A stretch of DNA of 64,000 nt from Akkermansia muciniphila (lineage in GTDB: Bacteria; Verrucomicrobiota; Verrucomicrobiia; Limisphaerales; UBA9464): positions 66,597 through 130,596 of the forward strand of contig CAMDDW010000002.1 of NCBI GenBank assembly GCA_945893185.1, read 5' to 3'. Numbering within the stretch: the first letter of the stretch is position 1; each line of letters opens with the position of its first letter. A program made the translations under genes and the position numbers. The notes beneath the pieces were generated by a model that was not told the DNA's origin, searched no databases, and was given only the letters and a program-made list of their open reading frames with translations. Shown one piece after another: positions 39,340 to 49,100 of this stretch.

Positions 39340-39639
39340 ATGCCGGGAACCATCGAATTACCGACGCCCGACGTCGATGTAGAGACGGATCCCAAGAAGG
39401 TTCGTGAGCGGAATTATACCGTCATCGTCTGGGATGATCCGGTCAACCTCATGCCCTATGTGACCCATGTTTTTCAGCAGGTTTTCGGTTGGGGGCGTGA
39501 AAAGGCACAGCGGCACATGCTCGAAGTCCATGAGCAAGGCCGCAGTGTTGTGGTTCGAGACAGCTTCGAAAAAGCGGAGTACTACGTCCACGCCCTCCAG
39601 AAGTATTGCCTCACCGCCACTTTAGAACCCGCCATGTGA
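39340..39639 (+). CDS. clpS: ATP-dependent Clp protease adaptor ClpS
   Basis: YTVIVWDDPVNLMPYVTHVFQQVFGWGREKAQRHMLEVHEQGRSVV ... EKAEYYVHALQ. Confidence 0.9.
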   Translation: MPGTIELPTPDVDVETDPKKVRERNYTVIVWDDPVNLMPYVTHVFQQVFGWGREKAQRHMLEVHEQGRSVVVRDSFEKAEYYVHALQKYCLTATLEPAM

Positions 39640-40130
39640 GACTCCACGCGAGCGACGACGAGGGGACTTCCTGGTTTCTCACACCCGGAGAGCGCAATTT
39701 GCTGCTCACGCTTTTTTCTCGTCCCATCGACCCACGCCAACCGGCACGGCTGAGTCGCACCTCCGAAGCCCTCGAGGAACAGTGCCAGTCGGATTTAGCC
39801 GGTGAGTTGGAGAAGCACCGAGCAGAGGTACGTTCCCGATTGGTGGTGCTCTTGGGCGTTGCGGCCTTGTCCAAAACGACGATCCAAACCCCCACCGAAA
39901 CTCAGGAAGATTCGGGCTGGATCCTCCGTCTCACACCCGAAGACCGTGAATCCTGTCTTCAGGCCCTGAACGAATTGCGCCTGGGGGCCTGGGAACAACT
40001 CGGGCGACCCGATCCTCCGGAGGTCTCCGACGATCTGGCTCCCGACTCACCCAATATCCTGCATTGGTGGACCCTAGAGATCGCCTCTCGTTTCCAAGGG
40101 CGGTTGATCTCCGAGGAATCCCTCGAATGA
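39636..40130 (+). CDS. hypothetical protein coupled between clpS and aat
   Basis: In-frame GTG at 39636 overlaps the clpS stop (GTGA). Its stop overlaps the aat ATG (ATGA at 40127-40130). About 164 aa, acidic, no motif I can assign with certainty; it may resemble ClpS-associated DUF2017, which I could not verify. Confidence 0.5.
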   Translation: MRLHASDDEGTSWFLTPGERNLLLTLFSRPIDPRQPARLSRTSEALEEQCQSDLAGELEKHRAEVRSRLVVLLGVAALSKTTIQTPTETQEDSGWILRLTPEDRESCLQALNELRLGAWEQLGRPDPPEVSDDLAPDSPNILHWWTLEIASRFQGRLISEESLE

Positions 40131-40801
40131 GGAATCCGCCCGGTTCCGTGGCCTTCCTATCTCCAGGAGATCGGTTGCCGGATCCGAGCCAGGCCCGGGA
40201 AGATGGATTGGTGGCAGTGGGAGGCGACTTGTCGGTGGAGCGGTTGTTAGAAGCTTATCAGAGCGGTCTTTTCCCGTGGTCGGCCAACCCGATTACCTGG
40301 TGGTCACCCGATCCTCGCGGGGTTCTTCAGGTGGGCGCAGTGCATGTTTCGCGAAGTCTGGCCCGGACATTGCGTCAAGCCCCCTACACGGTGACCTTCG
40401 ACCAGAATTTTTCTGCCGTCATTCGTGCCTGTGCCGAGGTGCCCCGAAGCGGGGCTAGTTCGACTTGGATTTCACCCCAGCTTTTGGAGGCGTACGAACA
40501 ACTGGCCCAGGCTGGACATGCCCACAGTGTGGAATGCTGGCAGGAAGGGCGGCTGGTGGGTGGGGTGTACGGGGTTAGCGTGGGAGGCTTCTTTGCCGGT
40601 GAGTCCATGTTTCACCGCGCGGATGATGCTTCGAAGGTGGCTTTGGTCCACCTGGACCGCCATTTGGCTAGCCGCGGATTCACCTTGCTGGACTGTCAGA
40701 TGGTTACCTCGGTCACCCGCTCGCTGGGAGCGATGGAAATTCCTCGGGCCGATTATTTGGAAAGGTTGTCCCGGGCTGTGGGCCAACCTTCACGGTGGTG
40801 A
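40127..40801 (+). CDS. aat: leucyl/phenylalanyl-tRNA--protein transferase
   Basis: GLFPWS ... ITWWSPDPRGVL ... HSVECWQEGRLVGGVYGVSVGGFFAGESMFHR ... ASKVALVHL ... GFTLLDCQ. Confidence 0.9.
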   Translation: MRNPPGSVAFLSPGDRLPDPSQAREDGLVAVGGDLSVERLLEAYQSGLFPWSANPITWWSPDPRGVLQVGAVHVSRSLARTLRQAPYTVTFDQNFSAVIRACAEVPRSGASSTWISPQLLEAYEQLAQAGHAHSVECWQEGRLVGGVYGVSVGGFFAGESMFHRADDASKVALVHLDRHLASRGFTLLDCQMVTSVTRSLGAMEIPRADYLERLSRAVGQPSRW

Positions 40802-40841
40802 GGTTTGAAAGACCGACGGTATCGGTCCTGACCTCTAGCCT

Positions 40842-41579
40842 TCAGGCGACCGCCACGGCTGAAGCCCGTCGGGACTTCAGCGCCAAGATCATGCTGTTGA
40901 GGATGCCACGGCCATCTTCTGTTCCGAGGATTCCTTCCACTGCTCGATCCGGGTGAGGCATGAGGCCCGCTACGTTGAAGCGCTCGTTGGCGATGCCCGC
41001 GATGTTCAGCACGGAACCATTGGGATTGGCTGCATCAGTCACGGCACCACTCGCGTCACAGTACTGCCACAGGATCTGGTGCTGGGTTTGCAATCGATCC
41101 AGCGTAGGGGCATCGGCGAAGTAGCATCCCTCGCCGTGGGCGATGGGAATGCGGAGGGGAACACCGTCGCGGCGGACTTCTGAAGTAAAGGGAGTCTCGA
41201 AGTTGGCGGTTTTCAGAAAAACCTGTTCGCAGTGAAAACGCAGGTCCCGGTTGCGGATTAGTGCACCGGGCAATAGACCCGCCTCGCAAAGTATTTGGAA
41301 GCCATTGCAAATGCCCAAGACGAGCCCGCCGTTGTCCGCGAAGCGGCTCACCGCCTGCATCACCGGACTGAAACGGGCGATGGCCCCGCAACGCAGAGCG
41401 TCCCCATAGCTAAAGCCACCGGGCACGATCACGGCATCGACTTCGCCCAACGACGTGTCCTTGTGCCAGACGAGTTTTGCTTGGCTGCCCAGCACGCGCA
41501 GTGCGTGCACACAGTCTTGATCGCAGTTGGAGGCTGGAAACTGGAGGATGGCAAATCGCATAACCGAGGCGGTCGTCAT
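40842..41579 (-). CDS. purQ: phosphoribosylformylglycinamidine synthase subunit PurQ
   Basis: [16 protein letters not shown] ... [11 protein letters not shown] ... [10 protein letters not shown] (catalytic Cys) ... MPHPDRA. ATG at 41579 overlaps the purS stop (ATGA); ATG 41561 is an alternative. Confidence 0.9.
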   Translation of the reverse strand: MTTASVMRFAILQFPASNCDQDCVHALRVLGSQAKLVWHKDTSLGEVDAVIVPGGFSYGDALRCGAIARFSPVMQAVSRFADNGGLVLGICNGFQILCEAGLLPGALIRNRDLRFHCEQVFLKTANFETPFTSEVRRDGVPLRIPIAHGEGCYFADAPTLDRLQTQHQILWQYCDASGAVTDAANPNGSVLNIAGIANERFNVAGLMPHPDRAVEGILGTEDGRGILNSMILALKSRRASAVAVA

Positions 41580-41821
41580 TCCACGATCTCCAGACGGTAA
41601 TCTTCGATCACCGGGTTGCTCAGGAAACGCAAGGCCGCCTCGTTGAGGGCTTTGTGGGCATCGGCGGCCGAGGTGCCCGGGGCCAAGTCGATCTCGATGT
41701 ACTTGCCCACGCGGACGCCGGTGACTCCAGCGTATCCCATGTGTTCGAGGGCGTTGGCGACGGTCTTGCCTTGCGGATCGAGGACGGCCTTTTTCGGGGT
41801 AATGACGAGCTTGGCTTTCAT
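41576..41821 (-). CDS. purS: phosphoribosylformylglycinamidine synthase subunit PurS
   Basis: MKAKLVITPKKAVLDPQGKTVANALEHMGYAGVTGVRVGKYIEIDL ... [13 protein letters not shown]. 81 aa from the internal ATG. Confidence 0.85.
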   Translation of the reverse strand: MKAKLVITPKKAVLDPQGKTVANALEHMGYAGVTGVRVGKYIEIDLAPGTSAADAHKALNEAALRFLSNPVIEDYRLEIVE

Positions 41822-42020
41822 GGCGGCGGAAGTTCCCTCGGGAAACCCGAAGGAAGGAGGAGAATGAGACAGCATCTGGATGGAGGTGAAGCAGATTTCT
41901 GGCGGCTTTGGCGGGTCCGAGCCAGCGCAGTTGGAATTGGGCGCTTGCCAGCGATTCGTCGGCCGGTAAGCTATAGGCTCTTTCCGCTGGATCATCCTGT
42001 GGAACACCCGTATCAATTTT

Positions 42021-42581
42021 ATGGCAGTTAACGCGAACGAACTCCGCAAGGGTCAAGCGATCAAGTACAATACCGACATTTGCGTCGTCCTTGAGGTCAC
42101 CCACCGGACTCCCGGCAACCTACGCGCTTTCGTACAGGGCATTTTGCGCAGCATCCGTACCGGCAAGAGCATGGATGTCCGCTTCGGCTCGGGGGAAAAG
42201 ATAGAGACGGTGCCGTTGATGACCTACAAGATGGAGTACAGCTACAAGTCCGGTGACGACTATGTATTCGTCAATCCTGAGACTTACGAAGAGGTCACGG
42301 TGACTCCTGAATTCGTCGGTGATGCCAAAAACTATCTCACTGAGAACAGCTTAGTGACCATGACCTTCGTCGAGGAGAAGGCCGTCATTATTGAAATGCC
42401 TTCGAGCGTCATTCTTACCGTGTCCAATGCGCCGGAAGGCCTCAAGGGTGACAGCGCCAACAATGTGCAGAAGACGGTGACAATGGAGACGGGTGTTGAG
42501 ATTAATGTCCCTCTGTTCATCAAGACGGGTGAGAAGATCAAGGTGGACACGCGGACCGGCAAGTACATGGAACGCGCCTGA
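42021..42581 (+). CDS. efp: elongation factor P
   Basis: MAVNANELRKGQAIKYNTDICVVLEVTHRTPGNLRAFVQ ... KGDSANNVQKTVTMETGVEINVPLFI. Confidence 0.95.
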   Translation: MAVNANELRKGQAIKYNTDICVVLEVTHRTPGNLRAFVQGILRSIRTGKSMDVRFGSGEKIETVPLMTYKMEYSYKSGDDYVFVNPETYEEVTVTPEFVGDAKNYLTENSLVTMTFVEEKAVIIEMPSSVILTVSNAPEGLKGDSANNVQKTVTMETGVEINVPLFIKTGEKIKVDTRTGKYMERA

Positions 42582-42620
42582 GGCAGTTCTCTAAGCTTTC
42601 CGACACTTTCAAGTATCCAG

Positions 42621-42659
42621 ACGCCCATCCTGCTCCGTGCAGAATGGGCGTTTGTTTTT
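42621..42659 (+). terminator. rho-independent terminator after efp
   Basis: ACGCCCAT-(15 nt)-ATGGGCGT followed by TTGTTTTT. Confidence 0.7.
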
Positions 42660-42722
42660 GGCGGCTTAAATAAAAGCGGAGCGGGTTTGAGTGGCGGAGT
42701 GGCCCGACTTAGTTGAACGCAT

Positions 42723-45700
42723 TTAGGACCAATCGCAGAGGGCGGACACCGCGGCTGCAGATCCATCGCGCAGCCAACCATCGAGCTGAGCGGGATCCTT
42801 GAGCTGTTGGCCCCGAATTCGGGGCACCACCACAAAGCGGGTATCGATCTCGCCCAAGGCACTCAGGTCGCTCCAGAGCTTCTCAAACTGGGCGACAGGA
42901 AAAACATCTTCCTGGCCGTGTCCCCAACGCTTTTTCACGTCCTTAATCGTGACATAGGTCGGCAGCCGACTGGCCATGGTGCGGATCGCAGAGGCAATCT
43001 TCGGTTCGTTCTGGGAAAGGATATCCTCCCGCGTCAATCCGAAGGCTTCCAGCAACCGGTCGAGATGGATCCAGGTCGTCATGGAGTTGTAGAAGCGCAA
43101 CCGGAACTCATCTTCCTCTCGCGGCATCGCCAACCCTTCGACCAGCCGAGGGTGGCCATTGACTCGAGCGAGGCCACCTCCCCGGTCCTCCAGCCGTCGC
43201 CCAATTAATTCGAAGGTGAGACAAGCCCCGCTGAGAATATGCTGCCCCAACAAGGACGGATCCATGGAGGCTCCGAGGGTATCGATGTTGTGGAGCAGTA
43301 AGTATTTGAGCTGGGGTCGCTCACTCAGGAGTGCGGCCAGCACGCCATTGCGAAAGAGATTGGGAACTTCGAAGAAATGGCCCACCGGATGCAGGCATTG
43401 CAGCGGCACGTTGTCGGTGTAGTCGCCGGCCTCGCCTGTAGCGAGGGCCCAGCCAATGAGGGCCGACCGGAGACTCTCGCGGACCTTCTGCTGCTGAACA
43501 TCCAGCACCTGTTGAGGCATTTCTTCCCACGCGAAGCGAAGATCGCGTTCGGTCGGGATGAGTCTGAGGCCGACGCTGCGGCCTGGTGACAGAATCAGGG
43601 GCCCGGGGTAGCCATAACCCTCTACTTGTTGAAGGAACCGCTGGGTGGGTTCGTGGGTCAGGTAGCTCGTTGTGAAAAGGTGCGGCAGGACGTGGCCCGC
43701 CAGGCGACCTGAGCGCCGGGACTTGGCCAGGTGGGTCTCGATGAAGGTCCGGTGCTGGCCGGCGAATTGGGCGAAGGGATGAAGGGCCTTGCAGGTGCCA
43801 GCACCGCCGGTCCATCGCGATCCGGCTCCCGCGGCCAAGGTCACCACGGCAACTTCACCGGCCCGCAAGGCTGCCTCACCGGCAGCGCGGACCTCGGGCG
43901 GCACCGTGGTTGAAGGGTTGTCCCAACGGAGCACATCCGTTGCATCGACGTCTTCGATCTGGCTGTCGGCCCGGAGGCGATTTTGGGCGAGTCCGATGCG
44001 ACCCTCCCGCAGGTCTGAGCGGATTTGCTCATGCTGGGCGGGATCAAAACCGTTCTCCGCCAACAACCCCTGCAATCCGCTGCGTTCGCTCTCACCGTTT
44101 CGGGAGCGAGGTAGCAGGGCATCGAAGAGAGTCTGGATCATTCCACCCAGCTCTGGCCGCGTGCGTGCGGCCATTCCCACGCGGTCGAGTTCAGTACGGC
44201 GAGCCGGGGTCAAAGAGCGGCGATCGGCGCGCAGCAGGGTGGGTACCGTGAGCGCGTAGTAATTGAGCGGCATCAGCGCCTCCTCGCCGGAGAGCAAGTC
44301 GGCCATGGTGCCGTGCTCGTTGATGGCGTAGTCGAAGACCACCGGATCCATGGCGAAGGGCAGGGCCTCCGCGAGGCTACGTTTGGTCTCTAGCATCAAA
44401 TTCAGGAGTCGATTTTGAGCCTCGGCCTTCCGCTCCGGGGCGAAGATGAAACCCATGCCGCCGCCGGACATTCCACCGAGCATCCAAAAGCCCCAGAAAT
44501 CAGCACCAAACTCGGTCTCGCACTGTTGAATCAGACGTTCGGTGAAGTGGTTGGAGGCCCAGGGAATAATTGCCTGCAGGGGCTGCCGAAAATTGCGCGT
44601 GGTGGCCTTGCCGACGGCGTGGATGTCTCCGCGTCGGAGCGCATCGATAATTTCGTCGAGCACCCCAAGCGCCTCTTGGCGTCCCGACCATTCGGAGGCG
44701 GAGCGCAGGAGGTATTTTTCGGTCACCATTTCGAGAATGGGGCCCACGTTCTGGGCCATGCCTCCGTGGACTACTACCAGTGAATCCATGAGCGCGCGGC
44801 GAGAGGACTCCGGGATTTCTTGGCGGCTGAAAACATGATGGGTTGGCATGAGGCATCCCCGGGAAATGCCCCACTCGGGATCCTCTTCGGTGGCCGCCAC
44901 GCCCGTGATGAGCTTGATGCCCGGCCAGACCCCGCCCGAGTCTTGCCATCCGCCACCGGAGCCGCCGAGCCACTCGCCCAAGAGGGCCCGTGCGAGAACG
45001 AGCCGCCGTTCCGATTCCTCAAGCGACCCGGTCAAAGAAGAGGCCTGTCCAGTAGCCCGCATACAAACGCTGATGAGCGAGCCCAGCAAATTCGTGCTGA
45101 CAGCCAACCGCGATCCCTTGGGGATGTCGTTGACGCTGGAACAGAGTTCGAGGCCGCGTCCGGGACCGACGATGCGAGCGAGCAAGTCGGCCAGCGATTG
45201 ACCAGAACCTTCGATGCCCGGCGGAACCACGCCTGCGGCGATGACGGCCGCTTTCAGCAACCCGAGATGGTCTTTGGCAAAATCGAAGACCTCGCTCAAA
45301 GCGGTGATGTCGGCGGTCGCTCCAAGATCCACCGAGGTGAGGCGGAGCAGCGGTTCATCGAGCACGCGCAGCCAGGCACTCACCGGTGGCCGCGGAGCCG
45401 CATCGCGTCCGTGGACACCGAGGTCCACTGAGATGTTGAGCACTTTGGCCCCCTCGGGGTAGTCCATGCCCAAAAAGAAGATGTCGGACCAGGCCGAGTG
45501 GGTGAGATCCATCCGCACCGGCGTGAGTTCGCGGAGAATGGGATAGGCTCCGTCTGAGGATCGCTCCAAGAGTTCTGGCCGCAGTCTCAGTGGCTGATCG
45601 GCGGGATGGCCCATGCGGAACATCCATTGATTGCCTCGCACGGTTCGCACACTGCGTCGCACCTGATCGGCGAGGGTCTGGAAAGCCAGGCGGTGGTAGG

Positions 45701-46064
45701 CGGCCGCCAGGGCCGAGGCGATGCCATCGGAGGGACCCTGCGTCTCAAGCTCTCCGAGAAAGCAGTCGATGGCCTCTTCGAAGCGGCGGTTGAGCAGATG
45801 TTCGAAGCCGGTAAACGGGATCAAACCTGCATGGCCCGAGGCGCTGAGTTTTGGAGGAAGGTGAAACCGTTGGAGGGCCGACAGAAAGAACAGGGCCCGC
45901 ACCCGCTCGTACAAATTTTGGGCCTCTCGGCGGAACCGGTCCAAGGCCGAGCAAGCGTCCAGCAGCTCAGCCAGCGTGGCCGGCCCGGACCATGCCTCTA
46001 GGGGGCGGTTCCGCACGGAGGGCTCCGGCGACGTAATGAGGTCGATGAGCGGGTGGGCGGGCAC
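42723..46064 (-). CDS. large multidomain protein: unknown N-terminal region, GHMP (fucokinase-like) sugar kinase domain and UDPGP-family nucleotide-sugar pyrophosphorylase domain
   Basis: GHMP-like elements: IPKGSRLAVSTNLLGSLISV, GGSGGGWQDSGG, LGGMSGGGMGFIF. The UDPGP-like C-terminal half has VAVVTLAAGAGSRWTG ... CKAL, LLHNIDTLGA, ACLTFELIGRRLEDRGGGLA. Start uncertain: the ORF opens at 46379 but overlaps the upstream gene with Pro/Arg-rich sequence. GTG at 46064, preceded by GAAGG, is chosen. Confidence 0.6.
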   Translation of the reverse strand: MPAHPLIDLITSPEPSVRNRPLEAWSGPATLAELLDACSALDRFRREAQNLYERVRALFFLSALQRFHLPPKLSASGHAGLIPFTGFEHLLNRRFEEAIDCFLGELETQGPSDGIASALAAAYHRLAFQTLADQVRRSVRTVRGNQWMFRMGHPADQPLRLRPELLERSSDGAYPILRELTPVRMDLTHSAWSDIFFLGMDYPEGAKVLNISVDLGVHGRDAAPRPPVSAWLRVLDEPLLRLTSVDLGATADITALSEVFDFAKDHLGLLKAAVIAAGVVPPGIEGSGQSLADLLARIVGPGRGLELCSSVNDIPKGSRLAVSTNLLGSLISVCMRATGQASSLTGSLEESERRLVLARALLGEWLGGSGGGWQDSGGVWPGIKLITGVAATEEDPEWGISRGCLMPTHHVFSRQEIPESSRRALMDSLVVVHGGMAQNVGPILEMVTEKYLLRSASEWSGRQEALGVLDEIIDALRRGDIHAVGKATTRNFRQPLQAIIPWASNHFTERLIQQCETEFGADFWGFWMLGGMSGGGMGFIFAPERKAEAQNRLLNLMLETKRSLAEALPFAMDPVVFDYAINEHGTMADLLSGEEALMPLNYYALTVPTLLRADRRSLTPARRTELDRVGMAARTRPELGGMIQTLFDALLPRSRNGESERSGLQGLLAENGFDPAQHEQIRSDLREGRIGLAQNRLRADSQIEDVDATDVLRWDNPSTTVPPEVRAAGEAALRAGEVAVVTLAAGAGSRWTGGAGTCKALHPFAQFAGQHRTFIETHLAKSRRSGRLAGHVLPHLFTTSYLTHEPTQRFLQQVEGYGYPGPLILSPGRSVGLRLIPTERDLRFAWEEMPQQVLDVQQQKVRESLRSALIGWALATGEAGDYTDNVPLQCLHPVGHFFEVPNLFRNGVLAALLSERPQLKYLLLHNIDTLGASMDPSLLGQHILSGACLTFELIGRRLEDRGGGLARVNGHPRLVEGLAMPREEDEFRLRFYNSMTTWIHLDRLLEAFGLTREDILSQNEPKIASAIRTMASRLPTYVTIKDVKKRWGHGQEDVFPVAQFEKLWSDLSALGEIDTRFVVVPRIRGQQLKDPAQLDGWLRDGSAAAVSALCDWS

Positions 46065-46141
46065 GATGACGTCACCTTCCCCGAAGGTCTTCCTATCCGT
46101 CAACGCTCCGGACCGCGGGTTTCGGCGGCCGGTCGATCCGA

Positions 46142-49100
46142 TCAATCCCGGCGGCCGAGGCCGGACAGGTAGCGAAGAAGGTCTCGGAGTTCGATTTCGC
46201 TCAGGCCGTCGACCAGGCCGGCGGGCATGATCGAGCCGGCCTGGGTCTGGGAGCGGATCTTGGAGCGGGCCAACCGCATAGGTTTCCGGGTGGCCGCATC
46301 CAGCAGCACCACCTCTTGGGGCGAGGTGCTTTCGATCCGTCCCTGGATCTCTTCGCCGTTCTGGAGTGTGAGGGTCCACGACATGAAGCCCTCTTTGACC
46401 TCCACCTGGGGTTCTAGGAGTGCACGCAGGATAAAGTCGGGCGTCTGGGCCGTGCCGAGAGCGCCCAGGTCGGGCCCCAGTCCGGGCTGGGAAGCCCCGA
46501 TGCCATGGCAGGAAGTGCAGCCGAGCTCGGCCCGCGTAAAAACCGAGCCTCCGCGCCGTGCATCACCCGAGGCTTGGACTGTCTTCAGAAATTCTTGGCG
46601 GGCGGGGCTGCTGGCCAGTCGTTCGGTGAGGGTTTGGTTGCCGGCGGTTCGACCGAGCGCCTGTGCTAATACCGGGGTGAGCTCGGGCACTTGGCGTCCG
46701 GCCTGGGCCAAAAATCCGGCCAGAGCACGGGCCGATTCTGGATGCGGTGCAACTTTTTGGAGAGCTTTGGCCAGAGCGCCGGCCGCGCCGGGTTGACGCA
46801 GGATCGGGGTCATTACGGTCTCGATCGCAGTGGTGTTGGCTTTTTGGGAAAAAACTTCGGATGCCAATCGGCAGGCAGCCCCCAGATCTCTGGCAGCGAT
46901 GGCTGCTGCTGCGACGGTCTTGAGGACGGTAGGCGCCTCAGGGCTCGCCGCGCGGAGGATTCGAGCCGTGTGTTCGGGACTGGGGAAGAGGGCCAGGCCG
47001 GCGATGGTTCCGGCACGGACTGCCTCGGGTGTCTCTCGGGATTCGAGAAGACGGACCACTTCGGATTCCAATGAGCGGATTTGCCAGCGGCCGATCAACC
47101 GGGCCGCCGCCGCCTGAACTGAAGGATGGGCCGAAGACAGGAGCGCGCCCAGGGCCGGGCCAACGTCTTGGGTGGGCTTGAGTCCGAGGTTCCGGCCCAG
47201 CGTGTCCAACTGAAGTAAGGCCCGCGCATGGGCTCCGGCATCGTAGGCAGTTCCGACCGTGTAAGTTCGAGGCGCTAGCAGCAGGGGGATGTCCTGGGGC
47301 CTGGCGGCGGCCAGCACGGACTCGATGAGCGAGGCTTGGGTGTCGGCGGGTAGGGCGACTTCTTGGATGCGCCGCAATCGGGTCGCCGCTTCGTCCACGG
47401 TGTCGGCGCTGCGATCGGCTCGGGCAAAGGCGTCGCGTCGGCGCTGGTTGTTGCCGAAGCTCAGGGAGCCTTGCGCGTAGGGGCCTTTCCACAGCGGCTT
47501 GAGGGCGTGGACGCATTGAGTAAAGGCATAGGCCACCGGGGCTTCTCCGGGTGCTCCCGTGGCATTCTCCATGGCGATGGCAGCCACTTCGACGGCGCGC
47601 GCGTCGGGCACATAGGCGCAGGCGACCACGGCTTCCAGACGGACTGTGGCTTCGGTGTCCGCCGCCAGGCGTGTCAGCACTTCCAGCGGGTCGTTCAGGC
47701 GACTGGCCCAGTGACCTGTGATCCGGGCGGCACGGGCTCGGTGGTTGGGATGCCGGGAGCGGGAGAGGCGTTCGATGAATTCTGCATGGGGAACCTCGTG
47801 CGAGGCGAGGACACCGATGCCTTCGTATATTCGATCGAGACGAGCCTCTTCGGACGGGGCGGCTTGCACCCAATTCTGGAGGCCGGCGACCACGGGTTCG
47901 GTGGGTCGATCTTTGAGGACGCGGCCAGCGAGTTGCCGGTTCCAGCGTTCGGGAGAGAGCAGTGTGTCGAAGAGAGCGGGCAGAGGAGCGTTCTCGAGGG
48001 CAGGGGCACGCAGGGCCGGACGCCCTTTGGCGGAGACGCGCCAAATGCGTCCGCGGGTCTTGTCGCGGTCGGGATGTCGGAAGCTCGTCTGGTAGTGGCC
48101 GATCAGGGAGTTGAACCAGTCGCAGAGGTACAGGGCGCCATCGGGGCCAAAGCGCACATCGACCACTCGGAAGGCGGTGTTGGTGGATTCAACCAGGGGT
48201 GGCAGTCGGTCCACCTGGAAAGTCGCCCCCCGCGGGGTGAGGCGGAATCGCTCGACGCTGTTATGAAGATACCCGCCCGCCACAAACTCTCCGCGGTGCT
48301 CGGGGAGCCAGTGACTGTTGTCGGCGATGTCGGCTCCTCCAAACTTGCGGCCTTGATTCCACAAAGGTGGATGAGCCTCGAAGTGCTCGGTGCGGATCAT
48401 CGCCTGCGTGAGGTGGGCGATGCCGTGGCCGTTGCCGGCGAAGACGAAGGGTTGGCCGGCGCGGTCGAAGGTAGTGCCGAAGGGATTGTGCGCGCCCATG
48501 GCTCCGTCCCAAAAGGCGTCGAGCCGCATGCGCCGGGGCCAGAATCGCCAGAGGCCGGCCTGATGCAGCGTCTCGTTGCCCCAAGGGGTTTCGATGCGGC
48601 TAATGGCGTGGAGGCCCTGGCTCATCATGAGTTCTCCAGCGGGGCCCCAGGTGAAGGAGTTGAGGGTCTGGTGGGTGTCGCCGGTTCCGAATCCGCTGAA
48701 GATCATGCGTCGCACGTCGGCCTTGCCATCGCCGTCGGTGTCCTTGAGGAAGAGCAGTTGGTCGGCCGCTCCCACGTAAACGCCACCATCGCCGAGCTCG
48801 AGCCCGAGGGGCATGTGGAGTTGGTCGTCGAACACAGTGGTGCGATCGGCCCGGCCGTCGTGATCGGTGTCTTCGAGTACGACGATGCGATCGCGCGGGG
48901 CCTCGCCGGGGCGAATCTGGGGATAACTGGTGGTGGTGGTGACCCAGAGTCGACCATCGCCGTCGAAGCGGATTTGGGTGGGTTTGACCACGCCGTCAGC
49001 CTCGCTGGCAAAGAGGCTTATGGAGTAACCGTCGGCCACGTTCAGTGAGGCGAGTTCTTCGGCGGGTGTCTGGGTGGCCAGGAGGGTGCCGGACAGCCAG

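Noticed and set aside
41580-42104. 175-aa upstream extension of the purQ ORF (420-aa version)
   Set aside because: It overlaps purS in another frame. PurQ homology begins at MRFAILQ, and ATG 41579 gives the classic purS-purQ ATGA coupling.
46065-46379. Pro/Arg-rich 105-aa N-terminal extension of the kinase/pyrophosphorylase ORF
   Set aside because: It overlaps the 3' end of the upstream gene (stop at 46142), is low-complexity, and has no ATG. The real start is probably GTG 46064 or nearby, though this remains uncertain.
47363-49048. 561-aa plus-strand ORF, and the 368-aa alternative-frame minus ORF at 46938-48044, inside the 46142-49168 gene
   Set aside because: Both overlap a gene with signal peptide, propeller motifs and CxxCH. 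Their translations are Gly/Val/Glu-rich or Arg/Pro-rich with no recognisable motifs.
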